NCBI GenBank assembly: GCA_963717505.1
Contig: OY970342.1
Coordinates: 3,808,001 to 3,872,000 of the forward strand
From: Candidatus Eiseniibacteriota bacterium
Lineage (GTDB): Bacteria; Eisenbacteria; RBG-16-71-46
DNA: 64,000 nt
Direction of reading: 5' to 3'
This document shows positions 1 through 13,614 of this stretch, piece after piece (position 1 is the first letter of the stretch; the number at the start of each line of letters is the position of its first letter). The notes under the pieces are model-generated. The model had not been told where the DNA came from, made no database searches, and saw only the letters and a program-made list of their open reading frames with translations. The position numbers and the translations under genes are program-made.

Positions 1-294
1 GTCGCGCAGCGTCCGGGCGTTGCCATCGAGCGCCTGTCGCGAGTCCTCGCGCAGCGCATAGGAGTCGAAGTCGAAGAAGACCGCCTGGAAATCGCTGGAG
101 GTGATTGCGGGCGGGGTCGGCGCCGGAGGCGTCGGCGGCGTCTCGGCAGGTGGCGTCGGCGGGGTCTCGGTCTGCGGCGGCGGGGCCGGCGGCGCCGGGG
201 GCGCTTCGGTGGACTTCTTCGCGCAACCGGAAGCCGCCACGAGGGCGGCCGCCAGCACACAGGCCATCAGAATACGATTGCGGTTCGCCTTCAT
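1..294 (-). CDS. pal: Peptidoglycan-associated lipoprotein Pal (OmpA family), 3' end runs off the window
   Basis: Manual translation from ATG at 294 gives MKANRNRILMACVLAAALVAASGC (lipobox), a Pro-rich linker, then VFFDFDSYALREDSRQALD (OmpA/Pal domain start). GGAGGAGA RBS; directly downstream of tolB. Confidence 0.9.
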   Translation of the reverse strand, partial: MKANRNRILMACVLAAALVAASGCAKKSTEAPPAPPAPPPQTETPPTPPAETPPTPPAPTPPAITSSDFQAVFFDFDSYALREDSRQALDGNARTLRD

Positions 295-322
295 GTCGTC
301 TCTCCTCCGTCTTGGGTCCGAA

Positions 323-1636
323 TCATCGTCCGGTTTGCGCCGCTTCCGCCCCGGTGGCGGGTCGCGGCGACCATGCTGGAGAAACCGCCGGACGGCCTCC
401 GGTCGGCAGTCGGCGCGGCGGTCGATCGTCCAGGTCGCTGACGTAGAGCCCGAATTCCCCGTCGCGGTTCGACGCGAACACCAGGTGCCGGCCATCGGGC
501 GACCACCTAGGATTCTCGTTGCTCCCCCCGGACACGATGCGTCGCACGTCGCGGCCATCGGCGCGACAGACGAAGATGTCGAAGCCAGAACCGGTTCGCG
601 CGACGAACGCGATCCGGTCGCCCAGCGGAGACCAAGCCGGAGAATCGGTGTTTTCGACCTCGAAGGTCAAGCGTCGGACGTTGCCCCCTTCGCGGTCCAT
701 GATGTGAATCTGCGAGCCACCGCTGCGGTCCGAGGTGAAGGCGATCTCGCGCCCGGTCGGCGACCACACCGGCGAGGTGTCGATCACACGATTCGTGGTC
801 AACCGGCGCGCCGAACCGCCCCGGGCATCGAGCACGTAGAGCTCGGGATTGCCTTCGTGGCTCAAGGTGCACACGATCTCGCGTCCATCCGGCGAGTAGC
901 TCGCGGTCGTGTTGATTCCGTTGCGACCCGAGACCAGGAAGGCTTTGCCGCCGGTGGCCGGCACCACCCAGATCTGGGGGCCGGTTCCCCCGCGATAGGA
1001 CGTGAACAGGATCAGCGAGCCCTCGGGGGACCACGCCGGCGACATGGCGATCGAGCGATCGCGCGTCAAGGGCTGGAGGTCGGCGCCGTCCCAGTCCATG
1101 ACGTGAAGCTCCTTGGCCTTGTCGACGATCATCGCGAACGCGATCCGGGTGGTCGCCACCCCCGGCGTGCCGGTGAACTGGAGCACGACGTCGTCGGCGA
1201 ACTGATGCACGATCTTTCGTCGTTCGCTCAGGCTGCCGCGATACTCGCGCGAGAAGATCGCGCGGCGCGCCGGCAGGTCGCGGATCTCCCCCAGCAGCCG
1301 GATTTGATTGCCGCGGACCGTCCAGGTCCCCGACACCACCGCCTGGACCTCGCCCATCGGCGTCCCGGTGATCCACGACCGCGTGACGTCGAACACCGCC
1401 GAGTATTCGAGGTCGCTGGCCAGGACCTCGTCGGCCTGAATGCTGGTCTCGCCGGCATTGCGATCGCCGGCCGGCTTCATCGGTTCGCACAGAACTGGAA
1501 TCCGCCGGCCGCTGCCGGTCTGGATGTCGATGCGCACGTCCCCACTTTGCGCCCCGGCCAGCGAGGCGGTCAGGAGGAGCAGCGCAGACGACAGGAGCCG
1601 CAGACCGCTCATGTTCGGGTGAACGAGTAGCCTCAT
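323..1636 (-). CDS. tolB: Tol-Pal system beta-propeller protein TolB
   Basis: Signal peptide, TolB N-domain (HQFADDVVLQFTGTPG), repeated PD40 motifs (SPAWSPEG, SPVWSPTG, NPRWSPDG); tol-pal context. Confidence 0.93.
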   Translation of the reverse strand: MRLLVHPNMSGLRLLSSALLLLTASLAGAQSGDVRIDIQTGSGRRIPVLCEPMKPAGDRNAGETSIQADEVLASDLEYSAVFDVTRSWITGTPMGEVQAVVSGTWTVRGNQIRLLGEIRDLPARRAIFSREYRGSLSERRKIVHQFADDVVLQFTGTPGVATTRIAFAMIVDKAKELHVMDWDGADLQPLTRDRSIAMSPAWSPEGSLILFTSYRGGTGPQIWVVPATGGKAFLVSGRNGINTTASYSPDGREIVCTLSHEGNPELYVLDARGGSARRLTTNRVIDTSPVWSPTGREIAFTSDRSGGSQIHIMDREGGNVRRLTFEVENTDSPAWSPLGDRIAFVARTGSGFDIFVCRADGRDVRRIVSGGSNENPRWSPDGRHLVFASNRDGEFGLYVSDLDDRPPRRLPTGGRPAVSPAWSPRPATGAEAAQTGR

Positions 1637-2286
1637 GGGCCGGTGTACTCGAAGCCGAAGTGAACGCCGAGTTCCTTGCCGGGGTAGCCGAGCGGCAGCG
1701 GCGGCAACGGGTCGCTGAGCAGCACCGCGCGCAGGGCGGCCCGATCGAAATAGGCCAGCGGACTCCCCGACTCGACCCGAGGCGCTGACAGGGTTCCGTT
1801 GCGCTGGATGCGAAAGTAGACCACGGCGCGGACGCCGGGCGTGGCTTCGAGCCCGGCGGGCGGCTGCCAGTTCTGCGCGATCCGGTTCCGCACCAGCACC
1901 AGGTAGTAGGTGAACTCGAAGTCGGCGGCGTCGAGCGACACGTCGCCTTGAAGCCCGGCCGGCCCCATGGCTGCCGCTTCGAGCGCCGGGGCTGCGACCT
2001 GGGGCGCTTCCTTCGGCGGCGGCTCGGGTTCGGGTTTCGGCTCGGCGGGCTTTCGGGACAACGGCTTCTCGATGCGCACGCCGTCGTCTTCTTCCGGTGC
2101 CACGTCGGGGCTCCGGATCACCTGCGGCGTGCGCGCGACCGGCATCGAGACCGGCCCGGGCTCGACCAGCGACACCTGGACGATTTCGGGCCCGGACACC
2201 AGGATCGGCGCCGCCACGCGGATCACGAACATCGCGGCGACCAACGCGGCATGCGCCAGCGCCGAGGCCACGATCTCGCTCCGCAT
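1633..2286 (-). CDS. TolA/TonB-family energy transducer
   Basis: N-terminal TM with SALAH motif, Pro/Glu-rich linker, TonB-C-like domain (RIAQNWQPP...FDRAALRAV...PLPPLP). Confidence 0.85.
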   Translation of the reverse strand: MRSEIVASALAHAALVAAMFVIRVAAPILVSGPEIVQVSLVEPGPVSMPVARTPQVIRSPDVAPEEDDGVRIEKPLSRKPAEPKPEPEPPPKEAPQVAAPALEAAAMGPAGLQGDVSLDAADFEFTYYLVLVRNRIAQNWQPPAGLEATPGVRAVVYFRIQRNGTLSAPRVESGSPLAYFDRAALRAVLLSDPLPPLPLGYPGKELGVHFGFEYTGP

Positions 2287-2287
2287 C

Positions 2288-2698
2288 TCACCGCCGTTCG
2301 GACGCGGGCGGCTGCGTCACCAAGCCGAGCGATCCGACGCCGGCCCGACGCATACGCGAGATGATCTCGACCACCAGACCGTAGGGCACCGTCTGATCGG
2401 CCCGCAGGTACACCGGCCGGCGTGCGGCGCCCGCCTTCTGGAGGGCGTCCTCCAGCTGGGCGAGCGGCACCACCTTGTTGCCCACCGCCAGCGTGCGATC
2501 GCCGCGCACGCTGACCACCACGCCTTCGCGCACGTCCAGGCCGCGTGTCGAAACTTTCGGGAGGTCGATTTCGAGACCGCCCTGCATGAGCGGTGCGGTG
2601 ACCATGAAGATGACGAGCAGCACGAGCACGACGTCGACCAGCGGCGTGACGTTGATCTCCGCCATCGGGGTTCGTCGTGCGCCGGTATGCAGGCTCAC
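2288..2698 (-). CDS. tolR: TolR/ExbD biopolymer transport protein
   Basis: EINVTPLVDVVLVLLVIFMVTAP signature; LRADQTVPYG. Confidence 0.92.
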   Translation of the reverse strand: MSLHTGARRTPMAEINVTPLVDVVLVLLVIFMVTAPLMQGGLEIDLPKVSTRGLDVREGVVVSVRGDRTLAVGNKVVPLAQLEDALQKAGAARRPVYLRADQTVPYGLVVEIISRMRRAGVGSLGLVTQPPASERR

Positions 2699-3393
2699 GC
2701 GGGGGGCGCCTCGAGGCGGCGATCGAGGAACTCGCCGGCAAACTGCGCGGCGCGCTGCTCGACCCCGCGCAGGCGGCCGACGAAGTGGTTGTAGGCGATC
2801 ACCGCGGGGATCGCGGCGGCCAGGCCGGCGACGGTGGCGATCAACGCCTCGGCGATGCCCGGGGCGACCACCACCAGTGACGCCGAGCCCTGGGCGCCGA
2901 TGTTCAGGAACGCGCTCATGACACCCCAGACCGTGCCCATCAGGCCGATGAACGGCGTCACGCTGCCGGTGGTGCCGAGGAACCCGACGTGGCGTTCGAG
3001 TCGCACCGACTCTTCGTTGACCGTGCGTTCCATGGCGTGGCGTGCCAGCTCGATCCGGTCCTTCGGGGCGATCCCCGACATGGCCTGCCGATCCATCGCG
3101 CGCTGGCCCGCGAGCGCCACGCGCGCCAGGATGCTGGCCGGGAACTGCTGGCAGACGAGCTTACAGTCTGCGGTGGGCCCGAGTCCGCGGAAGGCGGTGA
3201 GAAACAGGCGGTCGGCCCGCTCCCCCGACCGAAACAGGCGGAGGCGGTTCCAGATGATGGCCCATGCGTAGACCGACATGGCCACCAACACCAGGAGAAT
3301 CGTCTTCCCGAATGCGCCAGAACTGGCGATCAGGGCGGGGACCGAGGCCCGAATGCCGCCGGCCGCTTGAATCATGAATGCCCCGAACCACAT
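2695..3393 (-). CDS. tolQ: TolQ/ExbB (MotA family) proton channel
   Basis: GSVTPFIGLMGTVWG and VVAPGIAEALIATVAGLAAAIPAVIAYN signatures. Start placed at ATG 3393 behind AAGGAG (the ORF track extends to 3429). Confidence 0.92.
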   Translation of the reverse strand: MWFGAFMIQAAGGIRASVPALIASSGAFGKTILLVLVAMSVYAWAIIWNRLRLFRSGERADRLFLTAFRGLGPTADCKLVCQQFPASILARVALAGQRAMDRQAMSGIAPKDRIELARHAMERTVNEESVRLERHVGFLGTTGSVTPFIGLMGTVWGVMSAFLNIGAQGSASLVVVAPGIAEALIATVAGLAAAIPAVIAYNHFVGRLRGVEQRAAQFAGEFLDRRLEAPPA

Positions 3394-3722
3394 CGGCTTC
3401 ACGCTCCTTGTGAGTTCGCGCCCAGCCACCGACCGCGCGCACGCGGACCGGTCGCTCGGACGTCGACGCCGAGAGTCCCGACGCTAGCACAGCGCGAAAC
3501 AGCGGCTCAAGAAACTCCCCATCCTTTATTCAGCAAGAAGCGGCTCGGGACCGCCGATGACCGGGGCGAAGCATGACGTCTCGAGCCCTCGGGGTCCGCC
3601 CGGTGTCAATGATGGAGACTCCGGTCAAGCTCGTGCAAAGACCACGAAACGGGACTCGCGTTGCTTCGTCTCAAACGGGTACAGTTGAAATCGCAGCATC
3701 GCGAGATGCCCCTGCGCACCCC

Positions 3723-4256
3723 ATGACCGGACACCTTCCCATCTCGAAAACTCACCGGGCTTTCCCGTGGCTGGTAGTCGCACTGGCTTTGGCGGCGGGC
3801 GCGGCTGAGGCCGGCTCCGCCCCCGAAGCGGCCCCGGCGTTCGCGATTCGCGACCTCGACGGCAAGACCCTGCGCCTGAGCGACTACCGGGGCCAGCCGA
3901 TCGTCCTCGACTTCTGGGCCACTTGGTGTCGTCCCTGTCGGGCTTCGATGCCCCATCTCGACACGCTCCAGGCGCGCTATCGCGAGCGGGGCCTGGTGGT
4001 GCTCGGCCTCTCGGTGGATGACGGCGGACCCGATCGGGTCCGCCGTTTTGCCGACTACCTCGGCGTCCGTTTCCGTATCGGGCTCGCCGATCAACATGTG
4101 CTCGACCGCTACGGTCCGATCCGCGCGATTCCGACCACGTTCTTCATCGGTCGCGACGGCAAGGTGGTTCGGCGGGTGGTCGGCTACATCGATCCGGAAA
4201 CGCTCGAGAACTACGCGCGCGAGATGCTCGAGCCCGAAGACCCCAACAGCCGCTAG
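3723..4256 (+). CDS. TlpA/ResA-family thiol-disulfide oxidoreductase, exported
   Basis: LDFWATWCRPC (CXXC), IPTTFFI cis-Pro motif, N-terminal hydrophobic segment. Start uncertain (ORF open from 3573). Confidence 0.88.
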   Translation: MTGHLPISKTHRAFPWLVVALALAAGAAEAGSAPEAAPAFAIRDLDGKTLRLSDYRGQPIVLDFWATWCRPCRASMPHLDTLQARYRERGLVVLGLSVDDGGPDRVRRFADYLGVRFRIGLADQHVLDRYGPIRAIPTTFFIGRDGKVVRRVVGYIDPETLENYAREMLEPEDPNSR

Positions 4257-4280
4257 GCAGTCGGCGGCCGGAAACAAGAA

Positions 4281-4306
4281 GGCCACGCGATTCGCGTGGC
4301 CGTTTT
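4281..4306. terminator. Bidirectional intrinsic terminator between tlpA and tRNA-Leu
   Basis: GGCCACGCGA-T-TCGCGTGGCC inverted repeat with A-rich and T-rich flanks, between convergent genes. Confidence 0.75.
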
Positions 4307-4312
4307 CGATTC

Positions 4313-4397
<85 letters not shown>

Positions 4398-4420
4398 AAC
4401 CAAAGATTTCAGCTCAGGGC

Positions 4421-4846
4421 TCAGGGGGTCGTGCCGCCTCCCGAGGGTGCAGGCGTCGCCGGAGGCGTGCCGGGCGAGGGCGTCGCCGGGGCACCAGTAG
4501 CCGGAGCGCCCGTCGCCGGGGTCTGCGTTCCAGTCGCCGGAGCGCCGGTCGCGGGCGCCGTCGTGGCGCCGCGCTGGGCTTCCTGTTGAATGAGACTGCG
4601 GCTGGTGGATCGACCGCGGCCCGAGCTCATCAGGGCGAGCGTCAGCGAGGTCACGAAGAACGCGACGCCGAGAATCATCGTCGCGCGCGTGAAGAAGTCG
4701 GTCGCACCGCGCCCACCGAACACGGTCTGAGCCGAACCGCCGAAGGCTCCGCCCGCGAGCCCGCCGCCCTTGCCGGACTGGACCAGGACCACGCAGATCA
4801 AGACCAGGCAGATGAGCAGGTGGAGCGCCAACAGAAAGCCGTACAT
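4421..4846 (-). CDS. secG: Preprotein translocase subunit SecG
   Basis: VLVQSGKGGGLAGGAFGG...VFGGRGATDFFTRAT; tpiA-secG-tRNA-Leu synteny. Confidence 0.93.
   Translation of the reverse strand: MYGFLLALHLLICLVLICVVLVQSGKGGGLAGGAFGGSAQTVFGGRGATDFFTRATMILGVAFFVTSLTLALMSSGRGRSTSRSLIQQEAQRGATTAPATGAPATGTQTPATGAPATGAPATPSPGTPPATPAPSGGGTTP
4440..4566 (-). repeat. Degenerate 15-nt repeats encoding an (A/T)PATG low-complexity tail of SecG
   Basis: Translation TAPATGAPATGTQTPATGAPATGAPATPSPGTPPATPAP. Confidence 0.65.
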
Positions 4847-4928
4847 GACGTCCTCAGAGGTGGGGCGAGAGGTCACCGGGAGCGCGAGCGTGGCACCGCA
4901 TCACGCGCCTCCCCAAAGCGGCCGGCTA

Positions 4929-8051
<3,123 letters not shown>

Positions 8052-8084
8052 TCACTCAGCGATTAACGGGTTGCAGGAACGCGC

Positions 8085-8114
8085 ACTATGCCCGATGGGC
8101 GCGAGCCCGGTCAA
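8085..8114 (-). promoter_or_regulatory. Putative sigma70 promoter for gap-pgk-tpiA
   Basis: TTGACC-18 nt-CATAGT on the minus strand about 100 nt upstream of gap. Confidence 0.4.
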
Positions 8115-8123
8115 GCCCCGCGA

Positions 8124-9557
8124 CTACTCCGTCGAGTAACGCAGCCGGTAGTCGCCGAGCCCCTGATCGTCGACGAACAGGAACACCAGTCGAAACCGCT
8201 TCGCAAGCGGCTCGCGCGGATCGACTTCCGGAGGCAACGGGATCTCGCCCTCGTAGACCCAGACTTCGAACGGCCGCATGTCGGGGCCGGGTGTCCCTCC
8301 CAACGAACCGATCTCGCGCTCCTCGTTGAGTCCCAGGTCGAGCAGCACCTTCGCCAGCACCTCGTCGCCGGTCGGGATCACCTGCCGGTGGACCTCGCGC
8401 GGGTCGCCGTAGCGAATGAAGACGCGCCCCATGTCGGTGAGCATTCCCGGCATCAGCGACGAATTCGAGAACGTCCGATTGGCGAAATCGATACGCGCAT
8501 AGAAACCATCACGCACCTCGTTCCTCGCCGTCCCGGGCGTGGGATCGCGAATCGCCCAGAAGTCCTCGAGGAACCGCTCCTGTTCGCCCGCCTGGAGCAG
8601 GGCGAACGTCTCTTCGACTTCGGGCTGCAGCAGAAGATGAACGGCATCCTCGACGTCCCGGGGGTTGCGGAACCAGGTTTGTGGCTGCCACGCGATACTG
8701 AAGCGGGAACGTCGGACGGCCCGGGTGGTGTCGTCGCGGACCACCTCCAGCTCGAGATCGTAGCCGCCCGAGGGCAGCTCGGTGACGTCGAAGCGGACGC
8801 GCCCCATCGGATCCGCGGCCGAGAGCACCGAGTCCCGACTCGCCACCAGTGAATCGGATGCGCCAAGCACCCGGGCGCGCCAGCGCCACGGGCGGTCGTC
8901 GCCCCCCATCCCCCTCACCACGAAGCCCGTTTCAAGATCCGACGCGTGGAGCCCATAGAGCCGCTCCGGATTCGGCAGGACTCCGCGGGCACCGAATGCG
9001 GGGCCCGCGGACCCGCCGGGCCAGATGAACTCGAGGTCCGATAGCTCGGCCGCACCGCGACTCTCGAACTGGAACTCGCCCTCGACCTCGGCCGACTTGG
9101 GGACCTTTCGGCCCATGTAGGCGATGCCTCGTTTGCGCGAGCGTTGGTCTTCGACCTTCACCGACAGCCGCTGCGGGCCCGGTTCGAGCGGGAAGGTCAG
9201 GAGCACCACCTTGCCGAACCCGCGATCCGAGTCCCCCTGCTCGACCGTGAACTCCTGGGTGCGGGTTTCGGTGCGCCGGCGGAATCCGCTGCGCAGGCGA
9301 GCGGTGACGCGCAGCGACCCGGTCGCCGTCGAATCATAGACCAGGCCGTCGACGGTAGACGGGGGTACGCGAACGTACACTTCCAGACGATAGCCGGCGC
9401 TATCGGGAAATCCCGCGGCATCGACCGTGAACCCGAGGCCGCCGCCGGTGCGCCAGGGCAAGGGGCCCAGACCCTCGAACTCCGCGCGCGCCGTCGACGC
9501 GGCCAGAGCCGAGGCGACGATCCCGAGAGCCAGAGCAGCGGCGCGCACGCCGCGCAT
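8124..9557 (-). CDS. GWxTD domain-containing exported protein (variant motif GMLTD)
   Basis: Own signal peptide MRGVRAAALALG...ARA at 9557. FLEDFWAIRDPTPGTARNE...ARIDFANRTF...GMLTDMGRVFIRYGDP...FEVWVY...FLFVDDQGLGDYRL matches the GWxTD family pattern. The ORF-track fusion with the upstream gene is a frameshift effect. Confidence 0.85.
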   Translation of the reverse strand: MRGVRAAALALGIVASALAASTARAEFEGLGPLPWRTGGGLGFTVDAAGFPDSAGYRLEVYVRVPPSTVDGLVYDSTATGSLRVTARLRSGFRRRTETRTQEFTVEQGDSDRGFGKVVLLTFPLEPGPQRLSVKVEDQRSRKRGIAYMGRKVPKSAEVEGEFQFESRGAAELSDLEFIWPGGSAGPAFGARGVLPNPERLYGLHASDLETGFVVRGMGGDDRPWRWRARVLGASDSLVASRDSVLSAADPMGRVRFDVTELPSGGYDLELEVVRDDTTRAVRRSRFSIAWQPQTWFRNPRDVEDAVHLLLQPEVEETFALLQAGEQERFLEDFWAIRDPTPGTARNEVRDGFYARIDFANRTFSNSSLMPGMLTDMGRVFIRYGDPREVHRQVIPTGDEVLAKVLLDLGLNEEREIGSLGGTPGPDMRPFEVWVYEGEIPLPPEVDPREPLAKRFRLVFLFVDDQGLGDYRLRYSTE

Positions 9558-9589
9558 CGGCGACTCCGGCAGCGGGCGCGGTTCCCGAA

Positions 9590-10551
9590 TCAGAACAGGA
9601 ACTTGAGGCAGAACCGATGCGCGGCGCCGAGGTCCTTCATGTCGGTGTAGGCGTAGTCGAGGTCCGCCATGCCCGCGACCGACACCGGGAAGTGGAAGCC
9701 CGACGCCGCCGGCAAGCCCCTCGGCGTCGTAGTTGATGTTGTAGCCGCCGCGCAGGAACAGGTAGCGCTGGAAGCCGTACTCGGCGCCGACGTTGAGCCG
9801 CTCGGAGTTGTCCGGCGGGTGCGAGAACTCGAACGAGCCGATCAGCTTCTGGTCGGCGGACTGGATACAGCGTCGCCGACGTTCCGACCCGGAAGATCGC
9901 GGGAATCCGCGCCTCGCGCTCGATGAACTTGATCTGGCGAGCCGATGTTGGAGATCGCCATGCCGATCTTCATGCCGAGCGTGCCGACGTCGTACAGCGT
10001 GCCGATGTCGAACGCGAACGTCTGCTGCGACAGATCGGCCAGGCCCTCGTGAATGAAGTTCGCCGTGACGCCGGCGCTGAACTTGTCGGTGAACGAGCGT
10101 GCGTAGGTCAGCCCGGCGGTCATGCTGCCGGCGTCGAACGTCGCTGCCGGTGCCGATCGTCGGATCCGGCTGATACGCGGTGGTCTCGACCATCGGCTCC
10201 ATGCTCAGCGCCCGCGCGTGGATCGCCGAACGCACCCGGGATCCGCTTGACGTGGAACACGTAGCCGACCTGGTCGAACGACAGTTCGGCCGGCCAGTTC
10301 GCGTGATTGAGCGACAGCTCCGACTTGTCTGGATCGATGCGCGCGATCCCGGCGGCGTTCCAGAACAGCGGCCGACGCGTCGTCGGCCACGCCGACGAAC
10401 GCGCCGCCCATCGCCGGCGGCGCGCGCCCCGACGGCGATCTTCAGGAACTGGCCGTCGAACGTGCCGACCTTCTCGAAGATGTCGGCGGCACCGGCCACC
10501 CCCGGGCCAGATCACCCCGAGGACACCCGCCGCCACGAACCATCGCTTCAC
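9590..10551 (-). CDS. PorV/PorQ-family outer-membrane beta-barrel (frameshifted)
   Basis: GTG start with AGGAGG RBS. KVGTFDGQFLKIAVGARA, MGGAFVGVADDAS, FWNAAGIA, GLTYARSFTDKFSAG, FAFDIGTLY, ERLNVGAEY..LFLRGGY, C-terminal LKFLF. Confidence 0.82.
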
Positions 10552-10577
10552 GTTGGTACTCCTCCTTCGCGGGACCA

Positions 10578-13500
10578 TCAGCGGATGACGACGAATCGGC
10601 CGCGCTGCGTGCCCAAACTCGATTCGACCGTGAACATGTAGATCCCGCTCACGATGTCCTGGCCGTTGCGCGAGATCAGGTTCCAGCGCGCCTGGCCGTC
10701 GTTGGCGTTGTCCTGCTGTCGGTTGTAACCCGGTATCGAGGTGCCGTCCGGGGCGAGCAGCGCGGGCCGCACGGATTCGTTGACCGCGTCGTCCGAGTGC
10801 AGCTCCTGGACCAGATCGCCCGAGACCGTGTAGATCCGGATCGTCCACCGCCCGGCCGGCAGCCCCATGAAGTCGATGTGGGTCCCGGTCGGATCCGACG
10901 CGTTCGGCGTCAGGTCCCACGACGATGGCCGATCCGAGATGCTGCGCGTAGCCGCGATAGGGATTCGGCACCACCCAGACGCCCTGAGCTGGTCTGGCGC
11001 CGAAACTTGCGGCGACCACGCCCTCGGCTTCGACCGCCGAGCGCCGGCCGCCCAGCTCGGTGGTCCGGCCGCAGCTCGGTGGTCGAGTCGAACGCGGTGA
11101 CGGAATAGAAGTAGATGAAGCCGTTCTTCACCTCGCGATCGACGTAGCGGTAGTAGCCCACCGGATACTGAGTCACGGTTTCCTGGTTGGAACGGGTTCG
11201 ACACGGCGAGCGGTGGACGATGCAACCGGTGATCGTGATGCAATTGCCGAGCGTGTCCTGCTCGCAGGGCAGACTTCGATCCGGTTGAATGATCTGGCCG
11301 CTCTGCCGATCCCAGAGGTCGCCGCGCTGGAGACAGATCGGCACGTTCGCCGGCCCCCTGCTCCCGGTCACCGGGTCCAGGTAGTTCGGGATGTAGACGC
11401 TGGGACACACGGTGTCGCCCGCCGTGTTCACGTAGCGGTTGTCGGTGATCGGACGATTGCCATCGTAGTAGCGGAACAGCCGGAACTCGCCGATCAGCGT
11501 CCAGTCGTCCTCGCCGGACCCGGCCGAACCGACCGGGCGCGTCCAGTCGGACACCTTCCACATCTTGTAGCCGCGGAAGTCGAGCCAGCCGCGACTTGGG
11601 ATCCGGGGTCATCTCGGACAGGTTGTCCCACGCCAGCGTGACCTGGTTGTCGCCGCTGGGAACGACCGCGCGGTTCGGGTTGTCGGTGTAGTTGTAGTTG
11701 GTCCCGACGTTGAGCGCGGATTGGGCGGCGGCGCTTCGGCGTTCCAGGTCTTGTGGAACAGGCCGCCGTTGCGGAAGTCGCCGGCGCCCAGTTCCCAGTC
11801 CCAGACACCGGTGCAGTAGTCGCAGTCGAAGTCGAACCAGGTGTAGCTCGCGGTCGGTCACCTGACGGGTGCGACCCAACTCCAGGTCGCGACAGTCCGC
11901 GAGATACTGCGGCGGACCGCCCGCCTCGATCTGACGCTTGGACTCACGGCCGTGATAGCTCGGGGCCTGGAAGTCCGAGAACGCGTAACCCTCGCGCTTC
12001 TCGTGCACACCCTCGTACGCGATCTGAAGGTTGAACGCGTTGCGCAGCGGCGGGTAGCGCTCCAGGAGCTCCTGACCGCTGACCGAGCCGGTCTTGTACT
12101 GCTCATAGGTCTGCGCCCACTGAGTGATGTCCTCGTATTCCTCCGGGTGGACCGCGAACGCGATCGTGACCACTGACCCTGCCGTCGTTCGGGACGTTGC
12201 GCCATGGCCCGACCGACGACCACTAGGCGACGTAGTCGCCCTTCTGGTCGCCGTTGGGCGCGGTGATGAAGCCTTCCTCATCGACGTTGGTTCCGGCGTA
12301 GCCTGCCAGGAACTCGAAACGCTCTGAGTCGACGATCGGGAAACCGCCCTGCGCGTAGGGCGTCCCGGCCACGAACGAGCGGAAGGCCTGGAACCCGACC
12401 TTGCGCGGGGCCGACTCCCCGGTGGGATCGGTGGTGTGTCGAAAGCAGGAGCACGGATGCGATGCCCGAGGTTCGCCCTTCGTCGCCGTTGTCGTCGATC
12501 AGCGAGAAACCGTTGACCCGAATGTTGACCCGCGGACACAGAGCCGAATCGGCGCCGTTCGGTCCGAACAGGGAGTTCAGCTCGCTGTCGTGCGGATGCT
12601 GGCGACGAAGCGGATCGACCAGGGTGCCGTTGTCGGCGCCCACCAGGATCGTGAAGTCGCCCTGCGGGAAATTCGGGACGTCGAAGTCGTCGTTGAAGAA
12701 GTTCGAGATTTCGGCCGGGCCGGCGTCCATGTCGACCAGGCAGCCGACGAACATGCTGTCGAGGGTCGTGGCCCGAGCGGTTGAAGATCTCGTACTCGAT
12801 GATGTTGAAGTCCTGGAATCCGGAGACCGAGTAGGCCCAGGCGCGCTGTCGGCACTCGAGTCCGAGCGGCACGTGCTTCTCGTTGAACGCGGTGTTGATC
12901 GCCTGCGATGCGTGTTGTCCCACATCACGCAGCGAGAACATCTGCTGGCCGAGCGCGCCGTAGTCCTCGTCGATCTGGCCGTCGCCGTCGTTGTCGCGCC
13001 CGTCGAGGAAGTCCTCGTCGATCTGCTCGCACGGTCGGAATCTCGCAGCGAACCGATTCTCCGACGACTTGTCTCCATCGTCGTTGACGAGCCGCGTCGC
13101 CATTGATCGATGCCGTCGTAGGCGCGATACATCCGGTCCTCGGGATCCAGCGTCTCCGGCCGCCATTCGCTGCAGATAGCTCACGCGGCGGATCGCCGTC
13201 GGGATCGGTCGCCGTCGGGTTCACGGCCGCCGACCGCGAGACGGATCGAGCTGAGGTACTCGACGCCGACGAGCCCGGCCACTGCCCGGACGGGATCCGA
13301 CGACAAGTTGGTGAACAGATTGCCGCAGTGTCCCCAGTTCGTGACCTTCATGTAGATGTTGCCGACCCGGAGCACCGCGCCCGGCCCGAAGACGTCGGGC
13401 AGATCCAGCGGGGCCACCCGCGGATTCGTTCCCGTCGGGTGGAAGTACTCGGGCATCAGCTGGCGCCAGCGTTCGAGCGTCAGGCCATCGGGATCGATCT

Positions 13501-13591
13501 TGCCGGCATACGGCTGTGCCGAGGCCAGTCCCGCACTCGCAATCAACAACACGCCGGCCGCGAACCCGCGCTTCAGCAACCTCGAACGCAC
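10578..13591 (-). CDS. Large secreted protein (about 1000 aa) with Dx[DN]xDG Ca-binding motifs and a C-terminal T9SS-CTD/FlgD-Ig-like domain (frameshifted)
   Basis: Signal peptide ...ASAGLASAQ; IDEDFLDGRDNDGDGQIDEDY; Fn3-like GDNQVTLAWD. Tail VWVVPNPY...IDFMGLP..WTIRIYTVSGDLVQEL...WNLISRNGQDIVSGIYMFTV..GRFVVIR. Confidence 0.75.
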
Positions 13592-13614
13592 GAGGCGAAG
13601 CCTCCGCCGGAAGC

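Noticed and set aside
8124-10499. 791-aa ORF suggesting a PorV-GWxTD fusion
   Set aside because: PorV has its own stop at 9590 (LKFLF*) and the GWxTD gene has its own signal peptide at 9557; the join comes from indels.
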